A stretch of 64,000 bases of DNA from Candidatus Bathyarchaeota archaeon (GCA_963775895.1 CAVZKL010000010.1:32001-96000); one strand, 5' to 3'; shown: positions 1 to 11,217, counted from the stretch's first letter. Translations and numbers: made by a program. The notes: generated by a model from the letters alone, not told the origin.

Positions 1-3000
1 TGCACATAGCAAGAGTGATCGAGAAAGAGGCTCCCGACGGAATACTCCTTGGCTTCGGAGGACAAACAGCCCTCAACTGTGGAGTTCAACTTTACAAACA
101 AGGTATCCTAGAGAAGTTTGGTGTCAAAGTCTTGGGAACGCCTGTCAAAACCATAGAGGACACCGAAGATCGAGAGCTTTTCAGGCAAGCCATGATACGT
201 GCGCAAATCCCTATGCCTAAGAACGGCTCTGCAACCTCCGTCCAAGACGCTGTCGCCTTGGCAAGAAGAATAGGATACCCCGTAATCGTTCGCGTTGCTT
301 ATACACTCGGAGGAAAAGGCTCAGGAGTAGCTCATGAAGAAACTGAACTCAAGGAAATAGTTAACAGAGCTCTTGCGCAGAGCATGATTTCCCAAGTTCT
401 CATTGAAGAGTACCTGACTCATTGGAAGGAGCTCGAGTACGAGGTCATGCGGGACTGCGCCAACAACTGCCTCACCGTGTGCAACATGGAAAACATCGAT
501 CCCATGGGCGTCCACACTGGCGATTCGATCGTCGTAGCTCCTTCCCAGACTCTGTCAGACGCTGAATACCACACTTTGCGCGAAGCATCAATCAAAGTTA
601 TACAAAGTCTAGGAGTGATCGGCGAATGCAACATCCAATGGGCTCTGAACCCCAAGCGTCTCGATTACCGCCCGATAGAAGTAAACGCCCGCATGTCCAG
701 AAGCTCGGCTTTAGCAAGCAAGGCAACGGGCTATCCGTTAGCATACATAGCTGCCAAGCTCTGCATCGGTTACCTTCTTCCAGAGTTGATCAACAAAGCC
801 ACCGGGGTCACAACTGCTTGTTTTGAACCAGCATTGGACTACGTGGTAGTCAAGTATCCGAGGTGGGATCTTCAGAAATTCAAGAACGTAGATCGTCATC
901 TCGGGCCACAGATGAAATCTGTAGGAGAGGTGATGGCGATCGGCAGATGTCTTGAGGAGGCTTTACAGAAAGCTATTCGTATGCTGGATATAACGAAAAG
1001 AGGGGTCGTTTGCAACGACGATGAAAAATACGTCGAACCTACTGAAATGCTCAAAGATGCAATCGCAAATCCCACCGATGAAAGATTCTTCAAGATCGTT
1101 AAGGCTTTGAAGAATGGGGTGTCGATCGAAGAAATCTACGGCCTCAGCGGAATCGATCCTTTCTTTTTGTACAAGCTGAAAAACATAATTGACATCGACA
1201 AAAGACTGCGCGACGCAAAACTGAACTGGAAAGAAGCCAAGCTCTTAGTTAAAGAAGCGAAAAGGCTTGGATTCTCCGACGAACAGATCGCGATCTCCAT
1301 GAAGACTGATGAGATGGACGTGCGGAAAACTCGAAAGAAGTATGGCATCGTTCCTGTTGTGAAGCAGATTGACACGTTAGCCGCAGAATGGCCGGCCAGA
1401 ACCAACTATCTCTACCTCACCTATGGCGGAGACGAAGACGACATAACCTTCAATGCTAACAAGAGCAAAGTCATTGTCCTTGGTTCAGGCGTATTCAGAA
1501 TAGGATCAAGCGTGGAGTTTGATTGGTGCAGCCTGAACACGATTTGGGCTCTCAAAAAGAACGGCATCCAAGAAGCCATAATGATCAACTGCAACCCCGA
1601 AACGGTCTCAACCGACTTCGACATGTCGGACAAACTGTACTTTGAAGAGTTGACAAAAGAGCGCATACTAGACATTTATGAAAAGGAGAATCCCCTCGGA
1701 GTAATCACCAGTGTCGGAGGACAAATTCCAAACAACTTAGCATTGAAACTCGACAGCCTCGGTGTCAGACTACTCGGCACATCGGCTCGAAACATTGACT
1801 GCGCAGAAGACCGCGAGAAGTTCAGTCAACTCGTAGACGAGCTCTGGATCAATCAGCCCGACTGGAAAACGCTCAGAGAGATAGGAGAAGTGAAAGCGTT
1901 TGCCAACGAGATCGGCTACCCAGTTCTCGTTCGGCCAAGCTACGTATTGTCTGGCTCTGCGATGAGAATTGCCTACTCAGAAAGCGAACTTGAAGATTAT
2001 CTTTTCTTGGCAACCAGAGTCTCTCCCCAACACCCCGTGGTCATCTCGAAATTTATCAGGAATGCAAGAGAAGTCGAAGTTGACGGAGTCTCTGATGGAG
2101 AAGATACTCTAATCGGCGCAATCATAGAACACGTCGAAGACGCCGGAACACACAGTGGAGACGCAACGATGAGTATACCATCTCAGACACTCACCCCCAA
2201 AGTTGAAAACGATATCGAAGACTATACCAACAGAATCGCAAAACTGCTTCAGGTCAAAGGACCATTCAACATCCAATATCTCGTGAAGGACGGCGTCATC
2301 CATGTAATCGAGTGCAACCTAAGAGCATCGCGATCGATGCCATACGTCAGCAAAACCAGAGGCGTCAACCTAATCGAACTCGCTACACAGGTAATGTTGG
2401 GAAAAAAATTGAAGGACCTCGGAATACTCGATCTTCCTCCCGTCAAACACGTCGGCGTCAAGGTCCCTCAATTCAGTTTCATGCAACTGAGCGGGGCAGA
2501 CCCAGTTCTGGGCGTGGAAATGCTCAGCACCGGCGAAGTAGCCTGCCTAGGAGAAAACTTCACCGACGCTCTCTCCAAAGCCCTGCTTTCAGCCGACTTC
2601 AAGATCCCGCCGATCGGAGGCTCAGTCTTAATAACCGTGGGCGGGAAAGAATTGAAGAAACAAATCATGCCCATTGCGAGACACTTGTCGCAGATGGGTT
2701 TCAAAATCTACGCAACACGCCACACTGCTGAAGCTATGATCAGGATGGTGAGAAACACGTTTTCGTCCTGCACAAAGTGAGGGAACCCGACAAGAAACCT
2801 AACATCACCGACTACATCAGAAAAGGCAAGATTGACCTGGTCATCAACATACCACTCGTGAGTGCTTCTCGCGAACAGGAAGCCGCGTTAAGTGACGAAT
2901 GCACAATTCGACGGCTAGCCATCGAATATAATATTCCAGTCCTCACAAACCTCGAGTTGGCTTCAGCGCTCGTCAAAATCCTAAGGGATGAGGAAGACGG

Positions 3001-3064
3001 CCAACAGCTTGCTTTGCGTTCACTAAATGAATACATGAAAACCCGTTCTTTTGCCAAAAGGTAA
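1..3064 (+). CDS. carB: Carbamoyl-phosphate synthase large subunit (5' end outside window; frameshift near 2750-2777 splits the MGS domain)
   Basis: ORFs 15..2780 and 2777..3064. Motifs GGQTALN, HTGDS, EVNARMSRSSALASKATGYP, GSSVEFDW, RPSYVLSG; C-terminal MGS-like GKIDLVINIP...IRRLAIEYNIPVLT. Confidence 0.96.
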
Positions 3065-3113
3065 AACACGTGTCTTGTCTGAGTGCTTCAAGAAAGCAAT
3101 CATTCTAGGGCTA

Positions 3114-3335
3114 GCGCGCTATTTCTGGTCAACCACACTATTCTTGGAGTGGCGAATCAACGCTCATCAAGGTTCAAGTTTCAGAGTTTGATCAAGAGAA
3201 ATCTTCGGACTGACTTTGGTATTACATCCCTATTGAAGTGAAGGCGCCCCAGACAAGGAAGATCAGGACGCAATAATTAGCGCGCGAGTCGATGTTAAGA
3301 AGAATAACAAAGTGTAACAAGTGACTTTGCGCGCG
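3114..3335. repeat. Three alternating GC runs (3114-3119, 3280-3286, 3329-3335) in the carB-aldehyde dehydrogenase spacer
   Basis: Read directly: tAGCGCGCTa, taGCGCGCGa, tGCGCGCGt. Confidence 0.75.
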
Positions 3336-3391
3336 TTCCTTTGACCGAAATATTAAAGAAAATCACTGTGGAAATGTTCTTCGGTGAGAGA

Positions 3392-4867
3392 ATGAGAAAT
3401 CGCAGTAATTATGGGCTTTTCATAAAGGGAGAATGGGTTGACTCGGTCTCTGGTAAGACTTTTCAAAGTGACAACCCGGCAAAACCCAAACAGATTCTGG
3501 GGGTTTTTCAGAAGGGAAACACTGAAGATGTGGCTAACGCTGTTGCGGCAGCCGAAGCGACGTTTGAGAGTTGGAGCGAAACGCCTGCTCCCAAAAGAGG
3601 TGTCTATCCTGTTGAGGGCTGCCCAGTTGCTGGGAGAAAACAAGGAGAAGTTGGCGAGAGAAATGACGATGGAGATGGGCAAAGTCATAAGTGAAGCCAG
3701 AGGCGACGTTCAAGAAGCCATCGACATCACTGAATACATGGCAGGTGAGGGCAGAAGACTGTTCGGTTTCACGACGCCTTCAGAGTTGCGGAAGAAATTC
3801 TGCATGACGATAAGGCGACCAGTCGGCGTTTGTGGAATAGTGACTCCTTGGAACTTTCCGATCGCTATTCCAGCATGGAAAATAATGGCCGCATTGATCT
3901 GCGGAAACCCGTAGTTTTCAAACCATCCTCAGACACGCCGCTCTGCGCGGTGAGGCTCGTAGAGATCTTGGAGAGAGCTGGCATTCCCAAAGGCGTGCTA
4001 AACATGGTCACCGGTTCTGGCGAAGACGCTGGAATGAGCCTTGTAAGAAACGAGAACGTCAGAGCAATTTCATTCACTGGACACAGAGACACAGGAGCCG
4101 TTATCTTGAAGGAGGCTGGTCTTAAGAGAGTCGGCCTCGAACTGGGTGGCAAGAACGGAATAATAGTACTGGCTGATGCTGACTTACGGCTGGCGGTGGA
4201 CGGTGTTATCTGGGGCGCTTACGGAACCACTGGACAGAGATGCACTGCAGCATCAAGAGTGATAGTTCAGGAGAAAGTGCAGAAAAAGTTTGAGAAGATT
4301 CTGATTGACAGAATAAAGAAATTGAAGCTGGGAGACGGTCTCGATCCAGCGACTGATGTGGGTCCACTGATCAACAAAGTAGCTCAAGAGAAAAGCGCAC
4401 GCTACGTTGAAATAGGGAAGAAAGAAGGTGCGAAGCTCCTGATCGGAGGAAAAGTTCCTAAGCGGGAAGGCTTCTTCTTCGAGCCGACCCTGTTCACAGA
4501 CTGTTCGACTGACATGAGAATTGCACAAGAAGAAATATTCGGTCCAATCCTTTCGCTGATATCTGTGAAGGACTTCGACGAAGCAATAGACGCCATAAAC
4601 TCCGTAGAGTACGGTCTCAGTTCCGCAATCTATACCCGAGACATTAAAGCCGCGTTTGAAGCGATGAACAAAATTGAAGCGGGGCTTACTTACGTGAACT
4701 CCAGCACGATCGGCTCCGAGGTTCATCTTCCCTTCGGAGGGGTAAAGCACACTGGCACAGGAGCACGGGAAGGCGGGATTGAGGGAATAGACGAGTTTTC
4801 TGAAACAAAAACCATCTACGTCGACTATTCTGGAAAACTACAGAGGGCTCAGATAGATATCGACTAG
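3392..4867 (+). CDS. NAD(P)-dependent aldehyde dehydrogenase (frameshifts near 3600 and 3905)
   Basis: Three consecutive ORF pieces give [34 protein letters not shown] and EEIFGP. GGTGA SD before ATG 3392. Confidence 0.93.
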
Positions 4868-5051
4868 AGAATGCGCTGAAGACTAGGATCAAAATTGTTA
4901 CCTTATGGGGAATATGGGGAGGATGCCGTTGGCTTGATTTCAGTTCACAACAGTAGCGCGCACTGTCGTAACGTGCAGAATCTCACGTAAAACGCGGTTG
5001 AACAATTTATATATGGACAGCGAACAATGAAGATAGAGAGGGATTTCATCA

Positions 5052-5753
5052 TTGCCTCTTGATCCCCTAGTCATCACTGCCATCGTGCTAGGGGTGATCA
5101 TCGTATGCTTGATCGTGATTTTCGGAATGCGCGGGCAACGTAGGAAACGCAAGAAGTCCGACGAGAGCGAGCCCGTTCCAGAGCTCAGGGGTTATCCATT
5201 CAAAGTCACTAAGACCGTTCCGACAGGCGATGCTTCACACGCTAAGGATGAGCTCCGAATACTGGATTTGGAGAGAGAGATACTCAGCGACGCCATCCGA
5301 CGATTGTACGAGGCTCATGCCGAAGGAAAGATAACCGAGCAAGAGAGAGATCGATTAGCCGAAACCTACAAGGCCAGAATGATGCTGGTCAAGGAGGCGA
5401 TGTCCAAAGACGAATCTCTGGTAGCCTTGCACGAGCTTGAAACGATGCAGGAAGATTTGATGAAACTCTTCAGCCAGAGATTCGATGAACTCAGCACAAA
5501 GATTGAAGAATTGCGTTCTAAAACAGAGACAAAACCGATTAAGGAGCTCACAATTGCTCCTAAAACGGTTGAGGAGGCAGAAGCGTCGAGCGAAGAGGGG
5601 AAAGGTGGCGATGAAGAAAAAGCAAAGAGAAAACGGAAGCCTCCAGCTCAAAAAGTTAGTCCGCGCACGGAAGCTGAGAGAAGAATAGAGGAAATACGAT
5701 CCGAAGTTGAAAAAGTTCTGGACAAGCTGGGTCAAATGGAAATTGAATCCTAA
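5052..5753 (+). CDS. Hypothetical protein: N-terminal TM helix plus long coiled coil
   Basis: 233-aa ORF with hydrophobic residues 5-25 followed by a basic patch and E/K-rich helices. TTTATATA box near 5006. Confidence 0.8.
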   Translation: MPLDPLVITAIVLGVIIVCLIVIFGMRGQRRKRKKSDESEPVPELRGYPFKVTKTVPTGDASHAKDELRILDLEREILSDAIRRLYEAHAEGKITEQERDRLAETYKARMMLVKEAMSKDESLVALHELETMQEDLMKLFSQRFDELSTKIEELRSKTETKPIKELTIAPKTVEEAEASSEEGKGGDEEKAKRKRKPPAQKVSPRTEAERRIEEIRSEVEKVLDKLGQMEIES

Positions 5754-6450
5754 ACTGCAAGACATTGAAAAGGGAAAAAGAAACGCGGCTCTTGAGGCCG
5801 TCAAACACGTCAAAGACGGTTTCATCGTCGGATTGGGAAGCGGAAGCACGGCGGCCCTAGCGATCGAGGAGATTGGAAAAAGAATCGCCAAGGACAAGAT
5901 ACGCGTCTTGGGAGTGCCCACGTCCTACCAAGCCTTCTTGCTCGCCGTTCACTATGGCATACCGGTAACAACTTTGGAAGAGCACCCGGTGTTGGATGTG
6001 ACTATCGACGGCGCCGATCAGATCGACAGGGAACTGAACCTGATCAAAGGAATGGGCGGGGCTCTGGTGCGCGAGAAAATCGTTGCCTATTCCTCTAAAC
6101 AGAACATAATAGTAGCCGACGAAAGCAAGAAAGTCAGGGTTCTCGGGGAGAACGGGCAGCCTGTCCCCATAGAGGCCTTGCCTCTGTCAGTGCCTCTAGT
6201 CAAGAGTAGACTGAAAGCGTTGAAAGGCAAGCCCGTCCTGAGAGAGGGAAATGGAAAAGTGGGGCCCGTTATAACCGACAACGGAAACGTGATTCTGGAC
6301 ACAAAGTTTGGACTAATTCACAAGCCGGCTGAACTAGCATGCGACCTTAAGATTATTCCAGGAGTCGTGGAAACCGGCATTTTCGTCGGGACTGCGAACG
6401 TGGTGTACTTTGGAAAAAGCTCTACCGTGGAGAAATTAGTGAAGGGGTAG
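5743..6450 (+). CDS. rpiA: Ribose-5-phosphate isomerase A
   Basis: VGLGSGSTA, DGADQ, IKGMGGALVREK, ITDNGN, GVVETG. Probable TTG start at 5743. Confidence 0.95.
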   Translation: MNPKLQDIEKGKRNAALEAVKHVKDGFIVGLGSGSTAALAIEEIGKRIAKDKIRVLGVPTSYQAFLLAVHYGIPVTTLEEHPVLDVTIDGADQIDRELNLIKGMGGALVREKIVAYSSKQNIIVADESKKVRVLGENGQPVPIEALPLSVPLVKSRLKALKGKPVLREGNGKVGPVITDNGNVILDTKFGLIHKPAELACDLKIIPGVVETGIFVGTANVVYFGKSSTVEKLVKG

Positions 6451-6480
6451 GGCTTTTCCGTTCTCGATTCGATGCGTGTG

Positions 6481-6783
6481 CTATTTGAACAATTCTTGGA
6501 AACATTCTTTGTGGTAGTGGCTTCTCTCTTCTCCATTTGCGTCTTTGATAACAACTTCGTCGTCAGGGTCGAGCTTGTGTCGGCATTTGTCGCATTTCAG
6601 AGTGTTTTTAGGGTTCTCGAAGCGTTGTGCTTCCATTTCTCTGAATTCCTCGCATTTCCGCTTTAACTCAGCAACTCGCTCTCGCAGTTCGCGAAGTTTG
6701 TAGAGGGTCGCTTCTACTCTTTCCTTCAAATCGTCCTGGTCTTCCTGATTGACGTGCTCTCCTGTCTCCATTCTTTCCAACAT
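6481..6783 (-). CDS. Small coiled-coil plus Zn-finger protein
   Basis: 100 aa with CDKC...YHKEC metal ligands. Confidence 0.7.
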   Translation of the reverse strand: MLERMETGEHVNQEDQDDLKERVEATLYKLRELRERVAELKRKCEEFREMEAQRFENPKNTLKCDKCRHKLDPDDEVVIKDANGEERSHYHKECFQELFK

Positions 6784-7000
6784 TAAGATTTGCCTTCTTC
6801 GTGTATGCTACAACGTGTCTTAATATATAATACTTTATTCTCCATCCGCAATATGTCAAAAACAAAAAAAGTCCATGTCTAGTGCGCCCAAAACCCTGCA
6901 AACTCCCGATCAAAAACAGTCAGCTCTCTAAAGGAAAAGCTGAAGAACCAAATAACCTTAAATCATGGCTTTCCTAATCCAAATTGCCTGAAGCAAAAAA

Positions 7001-7116
7001 GCCGGGGTAGCCTAGCCTGGCCAGGGCGCCAGACTCATAATCTGGAGAACAACCGAAGGGCCAAACGGGCGCCCAGTGTCCAGAAGTCGCGGGCTCGAAT
7101 CCCGCCCCCGGCACCA
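7001..7116 (+). tRNA. tRNA-Met(CAT), probably elongator, with a 38-nt intron at about 7048-7085 and encoded CCA
   Basis: Acceptor GCCGGGG/CCCCGGC-A-CCA; anticodon arm CCAGA-CTCATAA-TCTGG; T arm GCGGG-CTCGAAT-CCCGC. Removing the intron gives variable loop AGGTC. G1-C72 and lack of three G-C anticodon pairs argue against initiator. Confidence 0.9.
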
Positions 7117-7125
7117 AGAACGATG

Positions 7126-8290
7126 CTAGTCGACCGTGGTAAATGAAGTATCACTTCTAGTCGATATTTCGAGCTGGTCGCCGCTGAACGCTTTTTTCAC
7201 GTATACGTTTCTGACGGCTACTCTGATACCTGGCTCGAATTCGGCCGCGATGTCGGCATTTTCTCGCCAGGCAGAAACTAAAACCTTGCCAGTTTCATCT
7301 TTCAGCTCAAACGTTGTCAGTTTGACAACTTCACCTCGAGAAGTTTTGACCTCTCTGGCAACAGGTTCGGTGGCAACCTCTCCTTCAACGTTCACGATGC
7401 CCATTCCTTCTTTTAGCTGCGCTATTTCGCAGAATTCCTCGGATGCTGGAATCAGTCCCAAGTAGGTTCCTGCGTCAACGTTGATTTCCAGCTCTTCTCC
7501 TATGGCCTTCTTGATCTTTCCGTTAACTATCTGAAGTCTGTCTCCACTCTTCAAGGTGTTTTCAAGTTCATCGGCCTTTCTCGTTCCAAACTACCACTGA
7601 AATCTCTCCTGTGTTGTCCGCCACTATGAATCGCATGACCTTTCCTTGGCTCATATCTTTTCTTTCAAAGATCGAAGCGGGAAACGTTTTCTTCACAGTT
7701 CCCACGATTGACACTCTTTTGTTACTCCGGAATGAAGGCACTTGGCCGATTTTGGTAGAAAACTTCCGAACGTCTGGAAAGTCTTTTTTCTTAACGTCTT
7801 GTGGGTCTTTTTCAATCTCGGACTTTTCTCCTACGTGGAGTTCTACTTTCCTGCTAAGGTCCTCTCTCGTGTATCCGTGTACAAATCTCACGATTTGCCC
7901 GACCTTTATTTCGTCTTTTTCCAGCATGCTGGTTTTTTCGTTCCACAGCACAACTCTCAAAATGCCGCTCGTGTCAGCGATAAGCAGGCTCGCCAGTTTT
8001 CCTTTCTTCACTCCGTCGAAATCCTTCGGAGGAAAAACCGCCAAAACTCTTCCAGTCACAGTGATGTCGTTCAGTCCAGGAAGCAAGTCTCTTGCGAGGA
8101 GCGAAGGCATGTTGGCTTCGTTTTTGGCTGCTTCACAACCGAATTCGGCTGCGATCATGTTCAGGAGAGCTTCATCTGAGATCAGCCCGCCTGTCTTTTG
8201 CTTCTCCTTTGTTAGCCTGTTCAGTACTTGGTCTCTCGATATCCAGGGACATTTGGAAGTGATTTGTGCGATAATTTCGTCAGCGTTCAT
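7126..8290 (-). CDS. rpa: Replication protein A / multi-OB-fold ssDNA-binding protein (frameshift near 7570)
   Basis: Repeated OB motifs IADTSGILRVVLWNE, VADNTGEISVVVWNE, LKDETGKVLVSAWRE across ORFs 7568..8290 and 7126..7554. Confidence 0.88.
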
Positions 8291-8390
8291 TCTGGCTCAG
8301 TCGTCTTAGAAGTTGAGATGAGCGTCGATGCTATAAGACTTATTAAAAGCTATTTACGTTTTTCAGTTTGGAAGGAGTTCAAAGGCGCGA

Positions 8391-8676
8391 ATGGATTCAG
8401 GAACGCTCTGGGCCGTAGGTTTGGCTTTGGTGTTTGTCGGCGTGCTAATAATGTTGCTCGCAGTGCTTCTCATGTTTTTCTCACGAAGCAAAACAGAAGA
8501 CGACCAGAAAGGAATCGAAAGTGGAGGTTAGGGGTGGTGGCGCAATCATCATCGGTCCTATCCCCATAATTTTTGGAACAGACAGAAAGTCCTTGAAAAC
8601 GATCCTGTTGTTGTCGATAACCTTGACAATACTTCTGATAGTATTGGCGGTGGTCATTTATTTCATTTCAAGGTGA
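8391..8676 (+). CDS. DUF131/TIGR00304-type small membrane protein (frameshift near 8515)
   Basis: Own translation: MDSGTLWAVGLALVFVGVLIMLL... then GGGAIIIGPIPIIFGTDRK, the family motif. Confidence 0.8.
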
Positions 8677-8969
8677 ACTCGTTGGCGGAAGCGCATAAAC
8701 AATTCGCAGTCGGTGCTCAAGGAAGAACTAATCGGTTTCTTTTTCTGTTCGCTTTGGGATTTGTACTCGTCGTCGTTGGAATAATCGTTCTTGTTGCCTC
8801 CGCGCTTCTTTCAGGAAGTGGTTCAGGGAGTTATGGCATAGTCATTTTCATCGGGCCAATACCAATAGTCATAGGTGGTGGACCTGAAGGTCCATGGCTC
8901 ATACTGTTTGGATTAGTACTTGCCATCATGAGCATGGCTGTTCTTGTGTCTATGCGAAAAAAGCTCTAG
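8673..8969 (+). CDS. Second DUF131-type membrane protein (tandem paralog)
   Basis: YGIVIFIGPIPIVIG motif between TM helices. Confidence 0.75.
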   Translation: MNSLAEAHKQFAVGAQGRTNRFLFLFALGFVLVVVGIIVLVASALLSGSGSGSYGIVIFIGPIPIVIGGGPEGPWLILFGLVLAIMSMAVLVSMRKKL

Positions 8970-8978
8970 AATAGGCGT

Positions 8979-9095
8979 TTAGTCCTGTTTCTCTTCCTTT
9001 CCGTAGAATAAGTACAGGAAGACCAGAACGAGCACTATGAACGTAGCGCCCATGAGAACGTACTTGAGCAGCTCAAAGTAAGCTCCTAAGTCCAT
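8979..9095 (-). CDS. 38-aa single-TM small protein (not in ORF track)
   Basis: MDLGAYFELLKYVLMGATFIVLVLVFLYLFYGKEEKQD*. AAGGAG SD and TTAAATA box upstream on the minus strand. Confidence 0.65.
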   Translation of the reverse strand: MDLGAYFELLKYVLMGATFIVLVLVFLYLFYGKEEKQD

Positions 9096-9321
9096 GGAAA
9101 TGTTCTCCTTCCGAAATTCTAATTGAGTTTAAGTATTTAAGCAAATCCATGTGGCGACATCTCCCGCAAAATCCCCTTCTTTTTCTCTCCGTATGAATGT
9201 ATTCTAGACACTTGATACTAACATGTTCGGCGTACCGTCAAACCAGTGTGTTTTAACTGGCATCCTCAGACTATGGCACTAATAAATCTAATGTTCCACT
9301 CTCAGGTTTAGCAACGCATGC

Positions 9322-10016
9322 CTAAGATACCGTTGAGGCGCGCACGAAAAGCATTTGATTTCCGTTCTTGCTGACATGCGTTATTGTTCCGATTTTTCTG
9401 AGCGAATAAGTCATTTTTCGAGATTGATTAACGGATATTCCGAGGCTTTCGGCCAGATTTCTGTTCGAAAAGGGATCAGGCAAATCTTTAGGTAGGACTT
9501 TGAGGAAATCTGTTTTGTGTTCAAAGATTCGTCTTTCAAAAACGCGAATAAGCTTTCTGTCTTCTATGCTTGCGCCTTTCCTTCTCCAGCTTCCTCTTCC
9601 ATCGTTACACCATACTTCTTCTAGCTTCGACCATCAAAACTTCGACGCTGAGATTACCTTTGGAGAAGAGGCTCGGTATTCTGATTAATTCGCTGAAAAG
9701 GTCAGACAGGCGACCCTTCTTCGGAGATCTTCTTCTTCCAAATGTCTCTCCGGTGGCCGTCGATTTATGAACTATCCATTTTTCTCTTGGGTATAGGGTA
9801 GACTAGGCGAACCTTGTGGTCATTGAGCAGACGTAAGAGCTTCGGTTTTATTGCTGAAAAGTTGGCAATCTGTATTTCGATCAACAGGTCTCCTCGCACT
9901 ATGTCCACTATGAAATCGTCTACTTTGGCTTCTAGTTTGTCTCCCTCAAGAAAGTACCATTTCTTTATCGCAGAATGAAGTGAGCTTTCCCTTCCTGAGC
10001 TGAATGCATTATCCAT
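9322..10016 (-). CDS. Conserved hypothetical protein with PD-(D/E)xK nuclease-like N-terminus and C-terminal HTH-like region (two frameshifts)
   Basis: ESSLHSAIKKWY...FIVDIVRGDLLIEIQ; continues after shifts as KWIV...RRSPKKG, NDGRGSWRRKG, FSNRNLAESLGISVNQSRKMTYSLRK to TAG at 9322. Confidence 0.7.
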
Positions 10017-10260
10017 CAAAGTTAAGATCTGCCGCATTTTCGATATCGTATGAGCTTCACCCGATAAGAAGGTTCTCAATGCGCGCGCTCAGATCACGAG
10101 TGTCCGCACTTTAACTGTAATGCTTTTTCTTATATTACAATAAAACTAATGTTCTACTTTCCCTTCCAATGGCAAACTCCTGCAAACAATGACCTAAGAA
10201 AGGAAAGCGCGCGCGTGGCTTGTTAGATATGTATATAATCTATCTTCCTTTCTTCTTTCT

Positions 10261-10461
10261 ATGGATGATGGTATGGTACGGGTTAGTGTGGAAGGAATTA
10301 AGAACGGCCTTTACGCCAACACCGTGGCCCAGACAAAAACGTTCGACATGAACACAGAAGCCGCCATGTTTCCAGACGAATTCTACAGCTTCGTCAAAGA
10401 GTTGCAGGAACAACTAGCAGAAGGAAAAATAGACAGGATACTCATACAAAGACGGCCCTAA
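10261..10461 (+). CDS. 66-aa hypothetical protein bracketed by GC runs
   Basis: ORF with TATATAA box about 25-30 nt upstream; GC runs at 10207 and 10466. Confidence 0.55.
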   Translation: MDDGMVRVSVEGIKNGLYANTVAQTKTFDMNTEAAMFPDEFYSFVKELQEQLAEGKIDRILIQRRP

Positions 10462-10472
10462 TCCTCGCGCGC

Positions 10473-10513
10473 GGTTGGGTTGGCGGTAGAGTTTTATCCA
10501 AATCAAACCAGCC
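10473..10513 (+). repeat. Imperfect palindrome family, copy 1 (GGTTGG..GGTARAGTTTT..CCAAA..AAACC)
   Basis: GGTTGGGTTGGCGGTAGAGTTTTATCCAAATCAAACCAGCC, similar to copies at 18414, 19977, 20029 and 52300. Confidence 0.7.
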
Positions 10514-10714
10514 AATGCTAAATGCGCGCGCTTTTTCTTGTTTTTGGTCTTGGTCAAATCCTTCGACGGCAACATCTACTCAGACAAACCTTGAAAAGGT
10601 TAAAGAGATTGTGTCAACTAGTCTCATATTCTAATATGGTAACCCGAAGAAAACAAGGAACTTGCACTCGTTATTGACCAACTAATTCAACGCGCGCGCT
10701 AAGAAGGAAAAAGA

Positions 10715-10840
10715 ATGAGTGAAAGATACAGAAAATATGGTAGAGCAAAGAACTGCAGATGTAAGAACTGTGGGCTGGAGTTTAAGACAGAAGGAACTCC
10801 TAGGAATTGTCCTAGATGTCATTCAGTCATTGAGGTCTAG
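10715..10840 (+). CDS. 41-aa Zn-ribbon microprotein (not in ORF track)
   Basis: MSERYRKYGRAKNCRCKNCGLEFKTEGTPRNCPRCHSVIEV*, with CxxC...CPxC. Confidence 0.55.
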   Translation: MSERYRKYGRAKNCRCKNCGLEFKTEGTPRNCPRCHSVIEV

Positions 10841-11217
10841 CGCAATGGGGTCTGCTTAGTCTTCTTAAGAATCGCCATTAATCCTTTGAAAATCCCGATG
10901 AATTTCAATCTTCTGTGATATTCACGTGGGTTAGCTTTCTCATCAAATTGGATCTCGTTGGCCTCTTTTGTGTACTTCTTTAACAGCTCCTCCGTGAAAT
11001 TTGGGGAAAATAGTAGGAGAGCTAATTCGTAGGCATTTTGAGTCCCCTCGACTTCTTGTTTTTGCTCGCGTTCTGCCGCAGCTTTGAAAGCTTCTTCCTC
11101 AGTTGTTACTGCGCCGAAAAAAACGTGTAAGGTTCTTAGAGGGTAGCCGAAATTCCAATTCCGTTCAATAGCCGACTTTACTCGACTATCATCAGAACAT
11201 GGAGCCAACACGAATAT
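10837..11217 (-). pseudogene. Probable 5'-truncated hypothetical gene starting at a GC run
   Basis: Protein-like C-terminal 125 codons of ORF 10837..11388. The upstream part overlaps the GNAT gene and crosses the 11218 GC run. Confidence 0.4.

Noticed and set aside
7001-7116. tRNA as the attachment site of an integrated element covering the accessory region
   Set aside because: I found no duplicate of the tRNA 3' end and no integrase in the window, and RPA follows immediately.
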